Assembly: GCA_963664725.1 (NCBI GenBank)
Contig: OY761558.1
Coordinates: 3,007,024 to 3,071,023 of the forward strand
Source: Dehalococcoidia bacterium
GTDB lineage: Bacteria > Chloroflexota > Dehalococcoidia > Lucifugimonadales > UBA3495
Length of the DNA stretch: 64,000 nucleotides
Reading direction: 5' to 3'
This document shows positions 54,134-64,000 of this stretch, piece after piece. The translations under genes were made by a program, and so were the position numbers. Position 1 is the first letter of the stretch; every line of letters begins with the position of its first letter. The notes beneath the pieces are model-generated. The model was not told where the DNA came from. It was given only the letters and a program-made list of their open reading frames with translations, and did not search any database.

Positions 54134-55441
54134 ATGGAATTGACCAGTCTTCGTCCGCAACGGGATCAAGATGGGGGAAAGGTCGTACTGTTAAAGCAGA
54201 CCGTCTCGATCACTCTAACTACTAATCTTGAAAGGATGATCCTCTATGAGAGTCAGCTTGCCGACTTTCAGGTACAGGTGCCGGCGGCCTGGGAGGAAAT
54301 GTGGCCCGACGAACAGGACTCAGCCACGGCTTTCCAAGCGGTAAATCAGGAACAAGAAGCGTTCCTGTTCATTCAGGAATTCGATCTGTGGGCATCAAAT
54401 GAGAGGCAACCCTTGGCGGATCTCGTGGCCTCTGTACTAGTGGAGTTCTCCGAGGATGGGTTTACGATCCAAGATCAAAAAGAGTACTTCACGTCTTCGG
54501 GGGACCCGTTAGTAGTACTTGACCTCGGACATAAGCATTTGACAGGGACTGTTGTAAAGGTGCTGGTCAGTATTCAGGACGATCGCTTCGCTTTCATGAT
54601 GTACTACGTGTTCCTGGACGCCGAGTCTTCAAAGGAGTTGGCCGAATACTCCTTTGAAACATTTGACTCTTCAAAGCCGGGGCGGTATTACCGGGGCCCG
54701 ATACTGCATGTGAGCGTTGTCAGCCTAGAACGGACGCCGGAGTTCCGTTACTCCACTGTTGATCCCAGTGATGCAATCCATCACTGGGCCCTTTTCCCGT
54801 CCCATCCCGGCAATGAATTGGTGCTGGCACGTCTCAAGGTGGAAAACCACACCGTACCCAGTGTCAACTTCACAGTTGACCGATTCGCCGCTGAGTTGCG
54901 TAGCCTGGACAACTCGCTACACCAGCCTATATCCATCGGGGACTCGGTGTGGAAGGACTTGCATGGTAGGCCGGAGGCCCTGGTGAGGATAGACCGGGGA
55001 GGATGCTTCGACGGAGGTCGCGCCCTGATTGAGCCAGGGACGACGGTCCGCTGGCAGAGTGAGGCCGATACGGTTCAATATCTGGCCTTCGAAGACGCCT
55101 CGCGGTCGCCGTTTAGATTGCATGGGAAGGCTGAACTCGGCCCCAGAGAGTCCGTATCGCATGTTTTCGAGGTAGCCGGTACTTATCACTATGTCTGCGG
55201 AAGCTCCGATGGGCCGGAGCGGCCAGCAGAGGTACGGGTAATAAGGGACGCCGACCGGAGCGATACTCCCATGCGTTCGCTGCTTTTCCTGGAGGGACCC
55301 TTTGAGTTGCCGGAAGGGCATGGGTTGGACGGCTACATGGTCTTTGAAGTTCCCAAAGGGGGCACGTTCAGAGATCTGCGCTGGCTGGCCGGTGATTCCG
55401 TCACCATTCCCGCGAGAGGATTGTCTATTCCGGCTGATTAG
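54134..55441 (+). CDS. 435-aa hypothetical protein with a cupredoxin-like segment lacking copper ligands. The same frame continues into LRRs after its TAG.
   Basis: GTTVRWQSEADTVQYLAFED...VSHVFEVAGTYHYVCGSSDG resembles plastocyanin-type strands but has no His/Met ligands. No clear RBS. Confidence 0.5.
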   Translation: MELTSLRPQRDQDGGKVVLLKQTVSITLTTNLERMILYESQLADFQVQVPAAWEEMWPDEQDSATAFQAVNQEQEAFLFIQEFDLWASNERQPLADLVASVLVEFSEDGFTIQDQKEYFTSSGDPLVVLDLGHKHLTGTVVKVLVSIQDDRFAFMMYYVFLDAESSKELAEYSFETFDSSKPGRYYRGPILHVSVVSLERTPEFRYSTVDPSDAIHHWALFPSHPGNELVLARLKVENHTVPSVNFTVDRFAAELRSLDNSLHQPISIGDSVWKDLHGRPEALVRIDRGGCFDGGRALIEPGTTVRWQSEADTVQYLAFEDASRSPFRLHGKAELGPRESVSHVFEVAGTYHYVCGSSDGPERPAEVRVIRDADRSDTPMRSLLFLEGPFELPEGHGLDGYMVFEVPKGGTFRDLRWLAGDSVTIPARGLSIPAD

Positions 55442-55965
55442 TCTGCAACTAGTGCCTCTTATCCTGACTGCGCGGGGCAGGGGAACGCGCTGGCAGCGTT
55501 GTACAACTCTACTGATGGCGCTGAATGGTTGCACAATCATAACTGGTTGAGCAACGAACCGGTTAACAATTGGTCTGGCATTGCCGCTGATAGGGACGGT
55601 TGCGTCACCGAATTGCATCTGTTAGGGAACGGCTTGAGCGGCACAATTCCGGCGGAGTTGGGGGACCGGTCAACGCTGAAAGAGCTCTCCCTGTCCATGA
55701 ACCGATTGAGTGGAGAGATACCACAGGAACTGGGGAATCTCTCCAAGGTGGAGGAACTGTTCCTCTACGACAACTAACTTTCCGGGGAGATTCCGGTGGA
55801 GTTGGGGGACCTGTCAACGCTGAAAGAGATCTCCCTGTCCATGAACCAGTTGAGGGGGGAGATACCACAGGAACTGGGAAGTCTCACCAACCTGGAATTG
55901 TTGTATCTTCACGAGAATCAATTGAGCGGAAAGATACCAGAGGCGCTAGGCAACCAAACTGGATA
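55442..55965 (+). pseudogene. Leucine-rich-repeat (plant-type 24-aa LRR) gene remnant with an in-frame TAA (55775..55777) and a terminal frameshift
   Basis: The LRR N-cap is ALAALYNSTDGAEWLHNHNWLSNEPVNNWSGIAADRDGCVTELHL. Repeats follow: LxxNxLSGxIPxELGxLSxLKELSLSMNRLSGEIPQELGNLSKVEELFLYDN*LSGEIPVELG... There is no start codon of its own. Confidence 0.7.
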
Positions 55966-56199
55966 AAATCAAGAACTTTCCTAATGCGGTTCAGGCTCGA
56001 TTTCTAGATTTGACCTATACACGGCTCACTTGGATGTCTGGTTGCTCAGGGAGCCGCCTCTTGGATTGGTCAAGATTGCGTGACCCGGCTGGTCAGATGC
56101 CTGTGTCGAAAAACAGACCGTCAAAGCGATTCCTGCGGACGCAACATCTGACAGGTCTCGGGATATTCGGAGCATATCCGTTAACCCACGTCGCCCTAC

Positions 56200-56760
56200 C
56201 TAATGGATGGTGCTACGCTTCAATACCAAGAGAACGTGGAGCGGCACAGCAATTGTGCCTTGCCCTGGTACCGATTGGTAGTTTCCAAACGCAAAAGTCG
56301 AATACCTGCGAAAATGGTTCTTACCGGCGGTTAGCTCCTGCTCCGTCCACATTTGCAATGTACCATTGTCGTCCAAGAACAAAATCCGATACTCTGCCGG
56401 AACTTCAACTACGTGATGTGCGACTTCACCTGGGAACGTAAGGGTCCCTATTCTGTTTAACCTGAAATGATTGATCTTCCAGTTGTTGGGATCGTCATTT
56501 GGACCTCCGTCATCGGTCTCGACTATGCCGAATCGGACCTGTACGCCGAACATTCTTGCCCAAGTAAAAGGCAGCCTTTCATACGGTGCACCTAACATGA
56601 GAAATAAGATCATTAAGCCGGCCAGTGTTTCACGCTCCTCTAGACCTACGAAGGACTCCAACAACAGGGCCGCTGTGACAGCGGCTCCAAAGTGCCATAG
56701 CCGCCGTGGCCGTTGAAGAACCCATGCCACGGTGTTCTTAATCGTTTCCATTTCGCTCAC
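56200..56760 (-). CDS. Membrane protein of unknown function
   Basis: Two N-terminal hydrophobic helices (WHFGAAVTAALLLESFVGL, LAGLMILFLMLGAPY) precede a soluble domain. GTG 56760 or ATG 56751 is coupled to the upstream stop. Confidence 0.55.
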   Translation of the reverse strand: MSEMETIKNTVAWVLQRPRRLWHFGAAVTAALLLESFVGLEERETLAGLMILFLMLGAPYERLPFTWARMFGVQVRFGIVETDDGGPNDDPNNWKINHFRLNRIGTLTFPGEVAHHVVEVPAEYRILFLDDNGTLQMWTEQELTAGKNHFRRYSTFAFGNYQSVPGQGTIAVPLHVLLVLKRSTIH

Positions 56761-56761
56761 C

Positions 56762-56962
56762 CTAACACAAGTCGGCTTCGTTCAGTGTTTGCAGTATTCG
56801 CTCCGCAATGGACGGTTTTGTGCATTCCATTCTTCTTATTCGTTTCAGCAGGAAATAGTGGATCGCCCTATCGGGAATGGTGGGTAGTACCATGTCATCC
56901 TCTTCCGTCAGTGCGCGGTGGGTTCTCCACCAGCATTGATCGTAGAGACACAGGACTGTCAT
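56762..56962 (-). CDS. 66-aa hypothetical protein, coupled to 56200..56760
   Basis: ATG at 56962. Its stop is 1 nt from the next start. No domain recognised. Confidence 0.4.
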   Translation of the reverse strand: MTVLCLYDQCWWRTHRALTEEDDMVLPTIPDRAIHYFLLKRIRRMECTKPSIAERILQTLNEADLC

Positions 56963-57118
56963 GGCATCAACTTGGATTGCCCGATTAAGGCGTCACGAAG
57001 CTCTGTATCATGACCGGATCGTATTTCATGGATTCTCCGTGAAAGGAGAACGTCCCCTCGCTCTGGCTCGCCTTCTCCCCCGCAGAGATTTTATCACCAT
57101 TTATGCTATACTGCATTT

Positions 57119-58956
<1,838 letters not shown>

Positions 58957-58960
<4 letters not shown>

Positions 58961-60201
58961 CGCTATCCGTTGTATCAGCAAAGCTCGGCGATCCAGGGGT
59001 GGCCTCGTTGATTCTTGGCCAGTCGCCCCCATCATCAACCTACAATGAGATTGGGGATGGCCTCCCGTTCTTTCAAGGCAAGGTGGATTTTCGGCTGCTC
59101 CACCCAATCCCACGGGTTTGGTGCACGGATGCTCGGAAATTCGCAGAACCTGGAGACATACTGGTTTCCGTCCGTGCTCCAGTCGGTGATGCCAATGTAG
59201 CTACGGTGCGTTGTGCAATTGGAAGAGGCCTTGTAGCAGTTCGCCCAGGCCCGGATAGTGACCCGTGGTTCCTCTACTTTGCCTTACTCTACTGCAAGCC
59301 GATCCTAGAGGCTAGAGCCACAGGATCAACCTTTGCCAGTGTCAATAGGAACACTCTGAACGACCTGGATATACCAATTTTCGATAGGCTGACGCAGACT
59401 GCAATTGGACGATTTTTCCGCTCACTCGTTCGCCAGATCGAACTGGAAGATCAAGCCCTTCATTCGACGCAAACCCTCAAGCACGCCGCGATGCGAACTC
59501 TGTTCACACGCGGGTTGCGGGGCGAGCCGCAGAAGGAAACGGAGATCGGGCCAGTGCCGGAAAGTTGGAGAGCCGTCAGCTTCGAGTTCGTGCGGCAGAA
59601 ACTCCAATATGGCACGTCAGTTCGGTGCACATACGATGTATCTAAGCGCCCGGTGATTCGTATCCCAAACATCGAGCCACAGCGTGTGACTGCGGACGAT
59701 CTCAAATACTGTGCGCTCACGGATGATGATGCCGCAAGATACCGACTTGAAGACGGAGACCTACTCTTCATCCGGACGAACGGAGTACTGGATCGTCTTG
59801 GATCGTGCGCTGTCTATGCCGGCTATCCTGCCGATGCTCTGTTCGCATCGTATCTGATACGCGCTAAAGTGAAGTCGGACTACGTGGTCCCACACTACGT
59901 AGCGTCCTTCTTCGGCTCTGAACTGGGAACTAGTATCGTGGCCGGGAGAGCCATTTCAGCCTCTGATGGGAAGTTCAACCTCAACACGGCCGCAATTGAC
60001 AGCCTGCTGCTCCCGTTGCCGCCTACACTCAGTGAGCAACACGAGATCATCGCCGTCCTCGATGCCATTGACCGCAAGATAGACCTGCACCGCCGCAAGC
60101 GCGCCGTGCTGGAGGAGCTGTTCAGGGCCCTGCTGCACAAGTTGATGACGGGGGAAATGCGGGTGAGGGAGTTGGAGCCCATACACGCGAAAGATATTTG
60201 A
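58957..60201 (+). CDS. hsdS: Type I R-M specificity subunit (two target-recognition domains)
   Basis: The GTG start overlaps the hsdM stop. The central and C-terminal conserved helices are [41 protein letters not shown] and [41 protein letters not shown]. Confidence 0.88.
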
Positions 60202-60213
60202 GGAGGCGGCCAA

Positions 60214-61476
60214 ATGAACCGACAAAGCACCAACTTTCTAGATATTAAGGAATGCCTAGAGCGGATTGATCAAGTGGTTAGCTTTAGTTCTAGTGTTTTG
60301 GGAAGTAGCACGGCATCACATCTAAAGCTGATACATCAGACAAGGCCCGACCTACGTATGTTTGTAGGCCTAGCTGAGCCACAAACAAACTCCACCCAAT
60401 TGGAATACTTGAATGGGTACCTGAGAATCGCACTCGCTGATCATTTGACCCCAGATCAGGACACGGTTCCAAACAGATTGGTAAGACTAGCTGGAGGGCT
60501 ATCGCACCTGTCTATCCCTGACTTTGCCAAGGGTCTTATTCGCGTAACAGCTTTGTTTGGTGCTGATCATGCAATACAAATGCTCACCGGATGGGTCGCA
60601 AACAAGCCCATACGATATTGGCAACACATTGTGCTGGATGGACTCTCTGTTGAGCAAACATTGGAGGTAAATCCGGCTCTACGGGCAATGAATCTCCCTG
60701 CCTCCTCTGACCAGCTCTCTCGTCATATCCCGCATCTTTTGCGAGGCTTCCTGCATGGAGAAGCCGTCTTTATGAACAGAGCCAAATTGCTGGTTGAGCA
60801 TGAATTTTCAATTACAGCCAAAGACGGTTCGTTGGATGAGGCCAAGCATACTTGCCTTGGCATTCCAGATTTCGCCATTGAAGAGTTTTGCCAATGCTTG
60901 GCACTGGCAAGCAATCAGTACGTTTCGTGGTTAGCGATTTGGTACGAATTAGACGTATGGGATGTGTTCGGTGGGCATGGCAGTGGTATGTCGCACCGTG
61001 ACAGTTCAAATAATGGACCGTCAGTCTTAAGCCCTGATCAACTAACTCACGCATGTAACTTGTTCGCGCTTAGTCGACCATCCGGACCATCGGGGAAACG
61101 CCTTAATATAGCCATCGCCCGTTGGCTTAATTCCAAGCGACAAAGGGCCACTCTAGTTGACCAGTGGATTGATCTTCGGATAGGACTTGAAGCACTCTAT
61201 CTGACCGACGCAAGTGGTGAGGCCCGCTTTCGTGTTTCAACTCATGGGGCATGGTATTTGGGTAAAGACTTCAGCAGTCGAAACCATTACCAAAGGACCT
61301 TGCGTGATGCGTATGACCTTGCATCGCGGGCCGTGCATTTAGGTGAAGTCAATCCTACGGAGGCTAACCGAAAGTTGCTGAGCGAAGCTCAAGACCTGTG
61401 CCGGGCGGCCATTCTCAAGCGACTAAGAGATAACGAAGAACCCAAATGGAATGAATTGATATTGGGCGGTGAATAG
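60214..61476 (+). CDS. 420-aa unknown protein embedded in the R-M operon, with a degenerate HEPN-like C-terminus
   Basis: GAGGAGG RBS, and noticeably A+T-richer than its neighbours. The C-terminus IGLEALYL...FRVSTHGAWYLG...LRDAYDLASRAVHLG resembles Apea-type HEPN helices. The usual Arg of RSxxxHG is replaced (ASRAVH). Confidence 0.6.
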   Translation: MNRQSTNFLDIKECLERIDQVVSFSSSVLGSSTASHLKLIHQTRPDLRMFVGLAEPQTNSTQLEYLNGYLRIALADHLTPDQDTVPNRLVRLAGGLSHLSIPDFAKGLIRVTALFGADHAIQMLTGWVANKPIRYWQHIVLDGLSVEQTLEVNPALRAMNLPASSDQLSRHIPHLLRGFLHGEAVFMNRAKLLVEHEFSITAKDGSLDEAKHTCLGIPDFAIEEFCQCLALASNQYVSWLAIWYELDVWDVFGGHGSGMSHRDSSNNGPSVLSPDQLTHACNLFALSRPSGPSGKRLNIAIARWLNSKRQRATLVDQWIDLRIGLEALYLTDASGEARFRVSTHGAWYLGKDFSSRNHYQRTLRDAYDLASRAVHLGEVNPTEANRKLLSEAQDLCRAAILKRLRDNEEPKWNELILGGE

Positions 61477-61486
61477 ACGGCATCTT

Positions 61487-62899
61487 ATGAAGTCCGAGCA
61501 TGTAGCAAGGCTCGCCGCCTTTGGCGAGTCCGAGACGCTGGAGTTCAAGGCCACGACCGGCACGCGCCGGGAGGCGGTCATGACGGTCTGCGCGTTTCTG
61601 AACCAGGGCGGCGGGCAGGTGTTGTTCGGTGTCACGCAGGCCGGGGCGGTCGTCGGGCAGCAGGTCAGCGACCGCACCATCGAGGAGTTGAGCGCCGAGC
61701 TTCGGCAGATCGACCCTCCGGCGTCCCCGACGGTCGAGAGGGTCCCGGTGGACGGTGGCCGTGAAGTCATCATCGTCAGCACGGGCCAGGGAGCGTCGAG
61801 GCCGTACTCCTACCGCGGCACCGCCTACCGTCGCGTCGGGAATACCACGCTGGTAATGTCCGCCGATGAGTACAATCGAATGCTCTTCGAGCGGATGCAC
61901 AGCGAGCAGCGCTGGGAGAACCAGCCCGCCGCCGGATGGTCAGTAGAGGATCTGGACGAGGCTGAGATTCGACGGACGGTTGCTGAAGCGGTCCGACGTG
62001 GACGGCTGGAGGAGCCTGTAAATAGAGATCCAACCGACCTACTGCGCGGACTCGGCCTTCTGCGTGACGGTGTGCTGCTTCGGGCGGCGGCAGTGCTGTT
62101 CGGCAGCACGGAGCGGCTGGAGTTCGAGATGCCGCAGTGCCTGCTGCGCGTCGCCCGTTTCCGGGGAATCGACCGGATGGAGTTCCTGGACAATCGCCAG
62201 TTCAACGGCAACGCCTTCACCCTCTTGGCGAACGCGGAGCGCTTTCTGCGCGACACCCTGCCCATCGCGGGGCGGTTCGAGCAGGACCGATTCGAGCGGA
62301 TCGACGAGCCTCTGTACCCGCCCCTGGCCATACGCGAGGCGTTGGCCAATGCTCTGTGCCACCGTGACTACTCCATCGGCGGCGGCTCGGTAGGCATAGC
62401 CGTCTACGACGACCGCCTGGAGGTCACATCCTCCGGTTCCCTGCACTTCGGCTTGACGCCCGAGAAGCTGTTTGGCCCGCATGAGTCGCGCCCGTGGAAC
62501 CCGTTGATCGCCCGCACTTTCTATCGGCGCGGGATCATTGAGGAGTGGGGAAGTGGGACGTTGAAGATAGCCGAGCTGACGAGCAGCGCAGGGCTTCCGG
62601 TCCCGGATATCGAGGATGACGGCGGGGCCGTCACCGTGCGCTTCCGACATGGCAGGTTCGCTCCAAGACCTACAACCAGCGGCGTGAGCGGGCCTGAAGA
62701 ACGACGGGAGACGATACTCGCCCTGCTGGAAGGCGTGGAGGACGGCTTGACGCGCCTCGAGATTCACGCGCGTCTGGGTCCTGAGGTCAGCGAACGTCAG
62801 GTGCGAACGACACTGGAAGAGTTGCGAGACCACGGCCTGGTCACGTCCACGGCTCGCGGCCCATTGACGCGATGGAGACGTGTGGTGGGTGCGGGATAG
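61487..62899 (+). CDS. AlbA_2 (Schlafen-type) DNA-binding domain plus HATPase_c_4-like plus wHTH protein
   Basis: Motifs: ESETLEFKAT...AVMTVCAFLNQGGGQVLFGV (AlbA_2), PLAIREALANALCHRDYSIGGGSVGIAVYDDRLEVTSSG (ATPase-like), and a C-terminal wHTH. This is a frequent passenger in type I R-M loci. Confidence 0.75.
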   Translation: MKSEHVARLAAFGESETLEFKATTGTRREAVMTVCAFLNQGGGQVLFGVTQAGAVVGQQVSDRTIEELSAELRQIDPPASPTVERVPVDGGREVIIVSTGQGASRPYSYRGTAYRRVGNTTLVMSADEYNRMLFERMHSEQRWENQPAAGWSVEDLDEAEIRRTVAEAVRRGRLEEPVNRDPTDLLRGLGLLRDGVLLRAAAVLFGSTERLEFEMPQCLLRVARFRGIDRMEFLDNRQFNGNAFTLLANAERFLRDTLPIAGRFEQDRFERIDEPLYPPLAIREALANALCHRDYSIGGGSVGIAVYDDRLEVTSSGSLHFGLTPEKLFGPHESRPWNPLIARTFYRRGIIEEWGSGTLKIAELTSSAGLPVPDIEDDGGAVTVRFRHGRFAPRPTTSGVSGPEERRETILALLEGVEDGLTRLEIHARLGPEVSERQVRTTLEELRDHGLVTSTARGPLTRWRRVVGAG

Positions 62900-63020
62900 G
62901 TGCTCGATGGTGCGAGATCGGGTGCGAGATGATGCGAGATACAGGCGTCATCATGCAGGATTCAAGGGGTGAGATGGGGGCGTAATTACAGTCAGATAGG
63001 GGCGCGATAGGGGTCAGACC

Positions 63021-64000
63021 ATGACCGAGTCGAAGATCACAGAAGCAAGCAGCGTCCAGTTTCCGATGGTCCGTCACGCGGCGGAGATCGGCTGGATTCC
63101 TGTACGGCCAGCGGATGCCCTCGCAATGAGGGGTGGCGAGGCCGGGTTGCTGTTTCGCGGCGTGTTGGAAGAGGCGCTGCATCGCTTCAATTCCTGGATG
63201 ACGGACGACGCCGTCCGGTCAGTGGTCGAGAACATCCAGGCGCTTCCGCCGACCATCGAGGGAAACCGGCAGATGCTGGCCTGGCTGCGGGGAGAGCGGC
63301 AGTGGTACGACGAGACTGAGCAGCGTCACCGGCAGGTCAGGCTTGTCGACTTCGATGACCCAAGGGCCAACGTCCTGCACGTGACCTGGGAATGGCGGCT
63401 CAAGCCTCCGGCCCGCAAGGGCAACCGCGCTGACGTGATGTTCGTGATCAACGGCATACCGGTCGCCATCGTCGAGCACAAGAACCCGACGGACGCCGAC
63501 GCCATCGAGCGGGGCGTCACGCAGCTACGCCGCTACGAGATCGAGACACCCGAGTTGGTGGGCACAGCCCAACTTTTCAACGTGACCCACCTGCTCGACT
63601 ACTGGTACGGCGTCACCTGGAACCTGTCGCGCCGTTACATGGCACAGTGGAAGGAGACGCAAGAGGAGAGCTACCGCTTCGCCGTCCAGTCCTTCTTCGA
63701 GCCGACAGACTTCCTGCGCACCCTGCGTGACTGGATACTCTTCTACGTAGAGGACGGCGAGATGCGGAAGACTGTGTTGCGCCAGCACCAGCGTCGCGCA
63801 GTAGACCGCATCGTCAAACGCTGCGCCGAGACGTTGAGACATAGGGGCCTCGTCTGGCATACCCAGGGGGCAGGCAAGACCTTCACAATGCTCACCGCCG
63901 CCCGCCTGGTCCTGGAGGCCAAGGAGGAATTCCATAACCCAACGGTGGTCGTCGTGGTGGACCGCACCGAGTTGGAGGGCCAGCTTGCGGGTTGGGTCGA
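63021..64000 (+). CDS. hsdR: Type I restriction enzyme R subunit, 5' part (runs off the right window edge; not in the ORF track)
   Basis: Own translation from ATG 63021: [25 protein letters not shown]...[19 protein letters not shown] (nuclease domain)...LRQHQRRAV...[15 protein letters not shown] (helicase motif I). Confidence 0.85.
   Translation, partial: MTESKITEASSVQFPMVRHAAEIGWIPVRPADALAMRGGEAGLLFRGVLEEALHRFNSWMTDDAVRSVVENIQALPPTIEGNRQMLAWLRGERQWYDETEQRHRQVRLVDFDDPRANVLHVTWEWRLKPPARKGNRADVMFVINGIPVAIVEHKNPTDADAIERGVTQLRRYEIETPELVGTAQLFNVTHLLDYWYGVTWNLSRRYMAQWKETQEESYRFAVQSFFEPTDFLRTLRDWILFYVEDGEMRKTVLRQHQRRAVDRIVKRCAETLRHRGLVWHTQGAGKTFTMLTAARLVLEAKEEFHNPTVVVVVDRTELEGQLAGWV

Overview
64-kb high-G+C bacterial accessory region. 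Genes are Shine-Dalgarno-led, and there are many antisense shadow ORFs. It reads as a mosaic of mobile DNA. 1-7.4 kb (minus strand): a type IV secretion/conjugation operon with a VirB4 ATPase, a VirB6-like protein, a PrgI/VirB3-like protein, two VirB2-like pilins and a secreted protein. 7.4-14.3 kb: a divergent control region with a 13-bp x7 tandem repeat, an HTH/coiled-coil gene, a 1.3-kb ORF-free stretch rich in repeats and hairpins, a triple-XRE-HTH protein and a TPR protein. 14.3-22.7 kb: an islet that looks lower in G+C by eye. It holds a 1452-aa Ig/FN3-type surface protein, a collagen-like protein and a two-gene cassette (RAMP-like and PUA-like proteins). That cassette is preceded by a ~450-nt leader built from six tandem blocks of 5-nt-phased GG motifs; this is my top candidate for something undescribed. 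22.7-36.9 kb and 40-43 kb: an IS graveyard containing IS1380, IS5, three chained IS630 copies (one carrying a nested IS110), ISAs1, IS66 and DUF772-transposase fragments, and one intact IS630. Four of these transposase genes carry the same kind of 23-24-nt hairpin+CAGGCTCT mini-insertion. A MITE pair brackets an M1-like metalloprotease. 37-57 kb: a Uma2 nuclease, a HEPN-like protein, a PaREP1/HEPN-like pair, an RHH gene followed by a 1731-aa Upf1-like helicase-DUF559 nuclease, a frameshifted replication-relaxation gene, an Xis-like HTH protein, two DUF4268-type nuclease paralogs and a decayed LRR gene. 57-64 kb: a type I R-M operon (HTH-HsdM, HsdS, two embedded genes, HsdR cut by the window edge). 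I recognised no rRNA, tRNA or CRISPR array. All family calls rest on motifs I recognise by eye, not on database searches.
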